From Acidocella aromatica (GTDB lineage Bacteria; Pseudomonadota; Alphaproteobacteria; Acetobacterales; Acetobacteraceae), in NCBI RefSeq assembly GCF_014201825.1, contig NZ_JACHFJ010000004.1, positions 142,928 to 166,927 of the forward strand: a stretch of 24,000 bases of DNA. Direction: 5' to 3'. This document shows positions 17,493 through 24,000 of this stretch, in pieces. The notes beneath the pieces are model-generated. The model was given only the letters and a program-made list of their open reading frames with translations, searched no databases and was not told the DNA's origin. Positions within the stretch are counted from its first letter, which is position 1. Each line of letters opens with the position of its first letter. The position numbers were made by a program, and so were the translations under genes.

Positions 17493-18944
17493 ATGATTGA
17501 TGATGACAAGCTGCACGAGGAGTGCGGCGTTTTCGGCGCCTGGAATGTGGCGGATTCGGCGGCGATTACTGCGCTGGGCTTGCATGCCCTGCAGCACCGC
17601 GGCCAGGAGGCGACCGGTATCGTGACGCATGATGGCGTACGGTTCCATTCCCATAAGGGGCTTGGTCTGGTCGGCGACAATTTCGGCGATGCCAAGGTGA
17701 TGGCGAGCCTGCCCGGCACCCGCGCCATCGGGCATAACCGTTATGCCACCTCGGGCGAGACGGTGCTGCGCAACGTGCAGCCGCTCTTCGCGGAGTTCGA
17801 GTTCGGCGGGCTGGCGGTCGGCCATAACGGCAACTTGACGAACGCCAACACGCTGCGCCGCGCGCTGGTGCGCCGGGGCTGCCTGTTCCAGTCCACCATG
17901 GACTCCGAGGTGTTTGTCCACCTCATCGCCATATCGCTCTACTCCAACGTCATCGATCGTCTGATCGACGCGGTGAAGCAGGTTATCGGCGCGTACTCGC
18001 TGGTGGCGCTGACGCAGGAGCAGCTCATCGGCGTGCGCGACCCGTTGGGCGTGCGCCCGCTGATCCTGGGCCGCACCCATGGAGCGGACGGCAAGACCGG
18101 CTGGGTGCTGGCCTCCGAGACCTGTGCGCTGGAAATTGTGGGCGCAGAGTTCGTGCGCGACGTGGAGCCGGGCGAGATCGTCATTATCGACGACAGGGGG
18201 GTGCAGAGCATCAAGCCCTTCACCCCGCAGCCGCCGCGCTTCTGTGTGTTCGAGTACATCTATTTCGCCCGGCCCGACTCCGTGATGGAGGGAACCTCGG
18301 TCTATACCGCGCGCAAGATGATCGGCGCCCAGCTGGCCAAGGAAGCCCCGGTTGAGGCCGATGTGATCGTGCCGGTGCCCGATTCCGGCGTGCCCGCCGC
18401 CATGGGCTTCGCCGAGGCTTCGGGAGTTGCCTTTGAGCTTGGCATCATCCGTAACCATTACGTGGGCCGGACCTTCATTGAGCCCACCGACCAGATCCGC
18501 CATCTGGGCGTGCGTCTCAAGCACTCCGCCAACCGCGCGATGATCGAGGGCAAGCGTGTGGTCTTGGTGGACGACTCGATCGTGCGTGGCACCACCTCGC
18601 AGAAGATCGTGGAGATGGTGCGCCAAGCCGGTGCGGCCGAGGTGCATTTGCGCATCGCCGGCCCGCCGACCTCTTATTCCTGCTTCTATGGCATCGATAC
18701 GCCCGAACGCAGCAAGCTGCTGGCCGCGCGCAACAGCGTCGAGGAAATGGCCAAGCTGATCGGCGCGGACAGCCTCGCGTTCATTTCCATCGACGGTCTT
18801 TACCGGGCGCTCGGAAAGCCTGGGCGAGATGCCGCATCGCCGGCTTTCTGCGATGCCTGCTTCACCGGCGATTACCCGATCGACCTGACCGACAACAACG
18901 AGCCGCGCGACAACCAGCCGAGCCTGCTGGCCGAAACGAAGTAA
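17493..18944 (+). CDS. purF: Amidophosphoribosyltransferase, propeptide plus [4Fe-4S] type
   Basis: GGAGG lies 9 nt upstream of the ATG at 17493 (the track starts at TTG 17484). A short propeptide MIDDDKLHEE precedes the catalytic CGVFG. Other motifs: RGQEA, GHNRYATSG, the PRPP loop VVLVDDSIVRGTT, and Fe-S ligand-like cysteines (FCVFEYIYF, SCFYGIDTP, CDAC). Confidence 0.95.
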   Translation: MIDDDKLHEECGVFGAWNVADSAAITALGLHALQHRGQEATGIVTHDGVRFHSHKGLGLVGDNFGDAKVMASLPGTRAIGHNRYATSGETVLRNVQPLFAEFEFGGLAVGHNGNLTNANTLRRALVRRGCLFQSTMDSEVFVHLIAISLYSNVIDRLIDAVKQVIGAYSLVALTQEQLIGVRDPLGVRPLILGRTHGADGKTGWVLASETCALEIVGAEFVRDVEPGEIVIIDDRGVQSIKPFTPQPPRFCVFEYIYFARPDSVMEGTSVYTARKMIGAQLAKEAPVEADVIVPVPDSGVPAAMGFAEASGVAFELGIIRNHYVGRTFIEPTDQIRHLGVRLKHSANRAMIEGKRVVLVDDSIVRGTTSQKIVEMVRQAGAAEVHLRIAGPPTSYSCFYGIDTPERSKLLAARNSVEEMAKLIGADSLAFISIDGLYRALGKPGRDAASPAFCDACFTGDYPIDLTDNNEPRDNQPSLLAETK

Positions 18945-18945
18945 C

Positions 18946-19353
18946 ATGGACGATATCGCCGCCTATCTCTGGGTGGCTCTGGGCGGCGCTCTCGGCAGCG
19001 TCGCCCGTTATGCTTTGGGCAATGCCATGACGCTCGCCCTGGGTGCCTCGTTTCCCTGGGGTACGCTGCTCATCAATGTGCTCGGCTCCTTCGTCATCAG
19101 CTGCTTCGGCACCATCGCCAGTGCGCAGGGGCGATTCCCATTGCCGTTAGAAGCCCGACTCTTCGTGACCGTAGGTGTTTGCGGCGGATTCACCACTTTT
19201 TCTTCTTTCAGTTTGCAAACGGTTGAACTGGCCCGCAACGGCCATACCGGCCGTGCTGTTTTTTATGTCATTGCGTCAGTGATTTTATGTCTGCTTGCCT
19301 GCGCTTTGGGCGTGTCTGTCGCACAAGCAGTAAACGCCCCGCGTCAAGGCTGA
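18946..19353 (+). CDS. crcB: Fluoride ion channel CrcB/FluC
   Basis: 135 aa with 4 TM segments (GGALGSVARY, WGTLLINVLGSF, GVCGGFTTFSSF). It starts 1 nt after the purF stop. Confidence 0.9.
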   Translation: MDDIAAYLWVALGGALGSVARYALGNAMTLALGASFPWGTLLINVLGSFVISCFGTIASAQGRFPLPLEARLFVTVGVCGGFTTFSSFSLQTVELARNGHTGRAVFYVIASVILCLLACALGVSVAQAVNAPRQG

Positions 19354-19365
19354 ACCGTTTAAGAT

Positions 19366-19389
19366 TTTGTGTCATTTGCGCCACACAAA
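19366..19389. promoter_or_regulatory. Palindrome TTTGTGT-N10-ACACAAA just after crcB and upstream of the porin gene
   Basis: Perfect 7-bp arms (19366-19372 and 19383-19389) with a 10-nt spacer, inside a locally AT-rich 210-nt intergenic region. It could be a weak crcB terminator hairpin or a dimeric regulator site. A candidate -10 element TATAGT sits at 19452-19457. Confidence 0.3.
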
Positions 19390-19563
19390 TGCTGCAAAGT
19401 TATAGGGTTGCGCTTTTTGCCTAGTACCGATGCCTTTTTGGCGGTTAGAAATATAGTCGTTACCCTTTTAGCCCTCCACGGCAGAGATCCTGAATGTCTG
19501 GGGAGTGGTGGGCGGGGTCCTGTTATCAGTCGCATTCAAAATGCGCGTAGAGGAGACTTATAT

Positions 19564-20778
19564 ATGCGTCGTCATCTTCTTGGCCTCGGCTTCGCGGCCG
19601 CGTCCTCCCTCCTGGCCCTGCACGCTGCCCACGCCATGACGGCCCCGCAGCCCATCACCATCGATGGCGGCCCGCTCGGCAACCTGGAAATCAGCGGCGG
19701 CGTTGACGGTTACGGCTATGTCATGAGCAACACGCCGAATGGCATCCAGTCCAACGGCTTCAACATCAGCTCCGGCATCCTGAACATCCAGAAGACCACT
19801 GGCATTGTGCAGTTCACCATTGAGCTGGGCGCGAACTCCTTCCAGGTTCTGGGCGCCGAGGCTTACGACAGCAAGGGCCATATCGCCAACGCCTCCATCA
19901 CCCAGTTCCCGACCGGCCCGCTCTATGAGGGCTACATCACCATTGCCCCGCCGAATTCCCCGGTCACCGTCTCCGCTGGTATGCTCCCCTCCGTCGAAGG
20001 TTGGGAATATGGCGCCGACTACTATAACGCCGTGCAGCTCGAGACCCTGCTGTACTACGTGCAGAACAACAACGCCCGTGGCGTTGAGGCGACCCTGACC
20101 GAAGGGCCGTTCTCCGCCACCGTGCAGTTCGGTGACTCCACCGACTCCGGCGTGTGGAACACCCTCCAGGCCCTGTTGAGCTACAAGTTCAACGCTAACA
20201 ACGTGCTGAACGTGTATGGCGCCTACAACCTCGGCAAGACCGGCCCGAACACCTACATGTACGCGCTGCCTAGTGGTGGTAAGCAGCCGAACGGCATCAC
20301 CGGTTGGGGTAATGCCTATGCCAACAACGCTCTGATCGGCGCCTATTACAACTACACCCTGGGCAACCTGAGCTTGGTGCCGGAGATCCAGTACACCTAT
20401 GCCCGTCCGGATCGTCAGATCGGCATTACGGGCGAGTCCAGCACCTTCGGTGCCGCCCTGTTCGGCGACTATACCTTCGGCACCTCCCCCTACTCTCTGG
20501 GTGGCTGGGTTGAGTATTTCGACTCTCATGCCGCGGCGAATGCGTCGACGGTGCCGGGTCAGACCCCGACGACCTACACCTGGGCGATCAGCCCGAACGC
20601 GGAAGCCATCGGCCTCGCCGTTGCGCCGACCTGGCAGTACAAGAACCTGTTTGCTCGTGCGAACGCTGGTTACATCTACCTGCTGCACACCAAGGGGTCT
20701 GACGGTGTCTCCTACCAGCCTTACTCCGGCAGCCATGGCCAGTTCACCGGCACGCTGGAAGCCGGTCTGCTGTTCTAA
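19564..20778 (+). CDS. Outer-membrane beta-barrel porin, family not assigned
   Basis: The ATG at 19564 has AGGAG about 8 nt upstream. The signal peptide is MRRHLLGLGFAAASSLLALHAAHA. The sequence shows alternating amphipathic, Gly/Tyr/Asn/Thr-rich strands. The C-terminus GTLEAGLLF ends in Phe, the OMP assembly signature. A strong terminator follows. The 65 upstream in-frame codons in the track ORF (19369) are AT-rich non-coding sequence. Confidence 0.78.
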   Translation: MRRHLLGLGFAAASSLLALHAAHAMTAPQPITIDGGPLGNLEISGGVDGYGYVMSNTPNGIQSNGFNISSGILNIQKTTGIVQFTIELGANSFQVLGAEAYDSKGHIANASITQFPTGPLYEGYITIAPPNSPVTVSAGMLPSVEGWEYGADYYNAVQLETLLYYVQNNNARGVEATLTEGPFSATVQFGDSTDSGVWNTLQALLSYKFNANNVLNVYGAYNLGKTGPNTYMYALPSGGKQPNGITGWGNAYANNALIGAYYNYTLGNLSLVPEIQYTYARPDRQIGITGESSTFGAALFGDYTFGTSPYSLGGWVEYFDSHAAANASTVPGQTPTTYTWAISPNAEAIGLAVAPTWQYKNLFARANAGYIYLLHTKGSDGVSYQPYSGSHGQFTGTLEAGLLF

Positions 20779-20799
20779 TCTGGCGCTCAGCCAAAACGG

Positions 20800-20829
20800 A
20801 AAAGGCCGGGGAATTTCCCCGGCCTTTTT
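20800..20829. terminator. Bidirectional rho-independent terminator between the convergent porin and NTF2-like genes
   Basis: aaaa-ggccgggga-att-tccccggcc-ttttt. This is a perfect 9-bp stem (20804-20812 with 20816-20824), with A-run and T-run flanks. Confidence 0.82.
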
Positions 20830-20849
20830 ATTGCCTGAACGGTGTTAGT

Positions 20850-21257
20850 TTATTTGGAAACCTGCGCCAGCCAGTCGGGCAGGTTATAGTAATTCGTGAC
20901 GCGGGCGATCTTACCGTCGCGGATGGAAAAAAACGCCCCACCTGGCAGCACATATTTCTGCCCATGTGCCACGGGCATGCCATGCCCGGCTTCCAGATAC
21001 TCGCCATGCACCAGGTATTCCGCCGCGGCGCGGGTGCCGCTCTTATCGGCCAGTACCACGATATCGGTGAGCCGTTCACGGTAGCAGCGGCTCATCTCCT
21101 CCAGAAACACGGCGAAGGCCGCCTTGCCGGTTTCGCTGCCGGATTGGTTGATGTCGTGTTTCACATCGTCGGTGAGCAGACTCAGCATCGCCGCGGTGTC
21201 GCCGTTGTTGAAGGCGGCATAATAGGCGTTGATGAGCTGATGGACGGTCTCGGTCAT
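20850..21257 (-). CDS. NTF2/SnoaL-like protein (steroid delta-isomerase-related family)
   Basis: 135 aa (LINAYYAAFNNGDTAAMLSLLTDDVKHDINQ, AAAEYLVHGEYL, GQKYVLPGGAFFSIRDGKIARVTNYYNLPDWLAQV). This matches my recollection of the conserved ketosteroid-isomerase-related small protein family. Confidence 0.75.
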   Translation of the reverse strand: MTETVHQLINAYYAAFNNGDTAAMLSLLTDDVKHDINQSGSETGKAAFAVFLEEMSRCYRERLTDIVVLADKSGTRAAAEYLVHGEYLEAGHGMPVAHGQKYVLPGGAFFSIRDGKIARVTNYYNLPDWLAQVSK

Positions 21258-21315
21258 GTTTTTTCCTTTCTGGAATAACCATGCCGTGCACCCCGGCTGC
21301 GGGGCAAGAGACGAA

Positions 21316-23064
21316 TTAGTTGCGGCGTCCGAACATCACTTCGAGATCCGCGCGGGAGAGTTTCAGGAAGGTCGGGCGTCCGTGGCTGCATGTGGCGGCG
21401 CGGGGGGTTGCCTCCATCTCGCGCAGCAGGGCGGACATTTCCTCCAGCGCCAGCCGTCGTCCGGCGCGGATGGAGCGATGGCACGCCAGCCGTGCCAGCG
21501 CGCCGTCGAGCTTGGCTTCCAGAGCCAGCGGCGCATCCGACTCGGCGAACTCGCCCGCGAGGTCGCGCAGTAGCCCGGCGGCATCCGGGTTCTTCAGCGC
21601 GGCGGGCACGGCGCGCACCAGAATCGCCCCAGGCCCGAAGGCCTCGATCTCCAGGCCTAGTCTTTCCAGTGTCCCGGCTTCCGCCATCAGCCGAGCGGCC
21701 TCGATGGGCGGGAAATCCACCACCACCGGCACCAGCAGCGGCTGACTCGCCACTCGCCCGGCGGTGAATTCCTCGCGCAGCCGCTCCTCGGTCAGGCGCT
21801 CATGTGCGGCGTGCTGATCCACGATCACCAGCGAGCCATCGGCGGCGGCGGCCAGGATGTAGGTATCCAATATCTGCGCCAGCGGCGCGCCCAGCGGATG
21901 TTCGGTGGGCGGCGGGGCAGGGGGCGCGGAAAATTGTCTTGCAGCGGGCGGCGCGGCCAAAGCCAACTCGGCCTCGGCAAAGCCACGCGCGGCGTAGGAG
22001 GGGGGCGGCGGTGCGCCAAAAGGTAGGCGCGGTGCGGGGGCGCGGCTTGGGGCGGGGGCGGCTGCCGGGGCCAAAGCCAGTGAGACGGGGCGTTCCAGCG
22101 TGCGGGTGATGGCGCCGATGACGAGGCTGCGGATGCCATTGGCGTCGGCAAAGCGCAGCTCCGTCTTGGCCGGATGCACGTTCACGTCCAGCGCCTCTTC
22201 GGGCAACGTCAGGCGCAACGCCGCCACGGCATGGCGTCCGGCCTGCATCACGTCGCGGTAGGCGAGGCGCAGCGAGAGCCGCAGCATCGGGTCCTGCACC
22301 GGGCGGCCATTCACAACGAAACTTTGCAGCCCCATCGTGGCGCGTGAGAGGCTGGCGGGACCGATCAGCCCAGTGAGCTGCACATCCTCGCGCTCGGCTT
22401 CCAGCGGCAGCAGGGAGGCGGCGGTCTCGCGCCCGAATAGTGCCGACACCCGCGCCGCCTCGGTCTGGGCGGGCAGGTCGAACAGCACGCGCTCGCCGGA
22501 GACCAGCCGGAAGGCGACATGCGGTGCCGCCAACGCCAGCCGCCACACGGTGCGCTCGGCGGCCTCGGCGCGCGGCGAGCGCAGGAACTTACGACGCGCC
22601 GGGGTGGCGTAGAACAAATCCTCGACGATGGCCCGCGTGCCTGTAACGCCGGGCGCGGGCGCCACCTCGCTGACCGCCCCCCCGGAGACATTGATGCGAT
22701 ACGCCGAATCCTGCTCCGCCGGGCGGCTGATGAGCGTGAGCTTCGCTGCCGCGCCGATGGAAGGTAGTGCCTCGCCCCGGAACCCCAGCGTGGTGATGCG
22801 CACCAGCGCCTCGTCGGCCAGCTTGGAGGTGGCGTGCCGCTCGATGGCCAAAGCCAGTTGCTCGGCGGCAATGCCGCAGCCATCGTCGATGATCTCGATC
22901 CGCTCGATCCCGCCCCCGGCGAGGATCACCTCGATCCGCTTCGCCCCGGCATCCAGCGCGTTCTCCACAAGCTCCTTCACGGCGGCGGCGGGGCGCTCGA
23001 TCACTTCGCCGGCGGCGATGCGGTTGACGGTGGTTTCGGCAAGGCGGCGGATCTGCGGCGGCAT
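21316..23064 (-). CDS. mutL: DNA mismatch repair protein MutL, endonuclease-type
   Basis: The start at ATG 23064 gives MPPQIRRLAETTVNRIAAGEVIERPAAAVKELVENALDAGA (GHKL ATPase N-terminus). It also has GFRGEAL, an Ala/Pro-rich linker, and a C-terminal domain with DQHAAHERLTEERL (the DQHAx2Ex4E nicking motif of MutH-independent MutL) and CHRSIRAG. The track ORF's extra 38 N-terminal codons are not MutL-like. Confidence 0.93.
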   Translation of the reverse strand: MPPQIRRLAETTVNRIAAGEVIERPAAAVKELVENALDAGAKRIEVILAGGGIERIEIIDDGCGIAAEQLALAIERHATSKLADEALVRITTLGFRGEALPSIGAAAKLTLISRPAEQDSAYRINVSGGAVSEVAPAPGVTGTRAIVEDLFYATPARRKFLRSPRAEAAERTVWRLALAAPHVAFRLVSGERVLFDLPAQTEAARVSALFGRETAASLLPLEAEREDVQLTGLIGPASLSRATMGLQSFVVNGRPVQDPMLRLSLRLAYRDVMQAGRHAVAALRLTLPEEALDVNVHPAKTELRFADANGIRSLVIGAITRTLERPVSLALAPAAAPAPSRAPAPRLPFGAPPPPSYAARGFAEAELALAAPPAARQFSAPPAPPPTEHPLGAPLAQILDTYILAAAADGSLVIVDQHAAHERLTEERLREEFTAGRVASQPLLVPVVVDFPPIEAARLMAEAGTLERLGLEIEAFGPGAILVRAVPAALKNPDAAGLLRDLAGEFAESDAPLALEAKLDGALARLACHRSIRAGRRLALEEMSALLREMEATPRAATCSHGRPTFLKLSRADLEVMFGRRN

Positions 23065-23092
23065 CTTCTCTCTATAGCACGCAGCCCGAGTC

Positions 23093-24000
23093 TCAGCCCA
23101 TGGCCGCCTCGCGCCGAGAAGCTGGCCGGGCCACGGGGCGCGAGGCTGGTTCGCCCAGCAGCCGCCCTTGCGCCGCATGGCACCCCGCCTCGCGCAGCAA
23201 GGCGAGCTGCGCCTCGGTCTCCACCCCCAGAGCCGTTACCTCCAGGTGCAAACTCGCCGCCAGGGTGAGAGTGGCGCCGAGCATGGCGTCGGCATTGCGG
23301 TCGAGTCCCAGCTTGGCGGTGTAGCGGCGGTCGATCTTCAGCCGCGTCAGCGGCAGATGGCGCAGCGCGTTAAGCGTGGTGGCACCGGTGCCGAAATCGT
23401 CCAGCGCGATGCCCACGCCGATGCTTTGCAGCTCGCGCAGCAACTGTCCCTGTTCGGGCCGGTTGGCCATCTGCGCCTCGCTGACCTCGATTTCGAGGGC
23501 TTCGGGCCTCAACCCTGTCTTGCGCAGGATCGCGGCGATGCGCGCGGGCAGGTTGGTGCTCAGTTCCAGCAGGTTGAGCGAGATGCGGGGCACGTTGGCG
23601 GCCAGGGACTCGGCGCAGGCGCGCTCGATCATCTGGCCGCATAGCTCCTGGGCCACACCGGCCGACTCGGCCAGCGGCATGAACTCATCCGGCCCCAGCA
23701 GTCCGCGCGAGGGGTGCTGCCAGCGGGGCAGGGCCTCGAACCCGGCGAGCGACAGATCGGCCAGGCTGAACACGGGCTGGTACAGCACCCTGGGCTCGCC
23801 GCGCAGCGTTTCCGGGGCCGGGCCGGTGATCCGCTGCGGGCGTTGATCCTCGTGCCGGTACACATACAGCCCGCCGCCGCTTTCTTTGGCTTTGCCCAGG
23901 GCCAGCTCCGCCACGCGCAGCAGCGCCTCCGCCTCGGCGGCGTGTTCTGGGTACATGGCCAGTCCGGCGGAGAGCGTGAGCCGCGCCAGCCGCCCTTCCA
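23093..24000 (-). CDS. GGDEF-EAL c-di-GMP signalling protein; the 5' part lies outside the window, leaving the end of the GGDEF domain and a complete EAL domain
   Basis: The frame stays open upstream of the track's Met to the window edge (..EGRLARLTLSAGLAMYPEHAAEAEALLRVAELALGKAKESGGG), which is the GGDEF domain C-terminus. EAL domain motifs: LYQPVF, GFEALPRW, ISLNL, EIEVSE, ALDDFGTGATTL, LKIDRRY, LGVETEAQ, QGRLLGEP. The catalytic residues appear intact. Confidence 0.9.
   Translation of the reverse strand, partial: EGRLARLTLSAGLAMYPEHAAEAEALLRVAELALGKAKESGGGLYVYRHEDQRPQRITGPAPETLRGEPRVLYQPVFSLADLSLAGFEALPRWQHPSRGLLGPDEFMPLAESAGVAQELCGQMIERACAESLAANVPRISLNLLELSTNLPARIAAILRKTGLRPEALEIEVSEAQMANRPEQGQLLRELQSIGVGIALDDFGTGATTLNALRHLPLTRLKIDRRYTAKLGLDRNADAMLGATLTLAASLHLEVTALGVETEAQLALLREAGCHAAQGRLLGEPASRPVARPASRREAAMG

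Noticed and set aside
17082-18947. 621-aa minus-strand ORF
   Set aside because: It lies antisense to purF and the end of cvpA. purF is unambiguous.
19369-19563. 65-codon in-frame N-terminal extension of the porin ORF (GTG start at 19369)
   Set aside because: The extension is AT-rich, has no coding-like codon bias and places no signal peptide at the N-terminus. The internal ATG at 19564 has a strong RBS and is followed immediately by a canonical signal peptide.
19558-20736. 392-aa minus-strand ORF opposite the porin
   Set aside because: The + strand has a signal peptide, beta-barrel periodicity, a terminal Phe, an RBS and a terminator. The antisense translation is Gly/Val/Arg-rich with no features.
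23065-23178. 38-codon N-terminal extension of mutL in the track ORF
   Set aside because: The extension overlaps the end of the EAL gene and is not MutL-like. The conserved MutL N-terminus (IRRLxxxxxNRIAAGEV) begins right after the ATG at 23064.

Overview
GC-rich (roughly two-thirds G+C by eye) chromosomal segment whose gene content and order look alphaproteobacterial. My lineage guess is Rhodospirillales/Acetobacteraceae-like, at low confidence. Nearly all of the window is densely packed core housekeeping. Minus strand: typA/bipA (partial, absent from the ORF track), sucB, sucA, sucD, sucC, zapE, an NTF2/SnoaL-like gene, mutL and a partial GGDEF-EAL gene. Plus strand: an SLT-type lytic transglycosylase; a tight run of 2OG-Fe(II) oxygenase, Dpm1-like GT2 glycosyltransferase, TVP38/VTT (DedA-superfamily) membrane protein and pgsA; a small lipoprotein; apt; a divergent Bug/TctC-like periplasmic binding protein; radA; cvpA; purF; crcB; and a beta-barrel porin. 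Two clean bidirectional rho-independent terminators sit at the convergent junctions near 2.75 kb and 20.8 kb. I found no tRNA, rRNA, CRISPR array, transposase/integrase or phage genes. Most long ORFs in the six-frame track are antisense shadows of real genes, as expected at high GC. The only block that could be an undescribed system is the translationally coupled oxygenase/GT2/TVP38 module fused to pgsA (10.58-13.26 kb). I read it as a possible envelope-lipid or carrier-lipid glycosylation/flipping module. The other observations are regulatory or architectural oddities of modest interest: structured RNA-like hairpins near typA and between sucD and sucA, sucCDAB without mdh or lpdA, crcB welded to purF with no room for a riboswitch, and an AT-rich palindrome-bearing region upstream of the porin. 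All family calls come from motif recognition by eye. No database searches were run.
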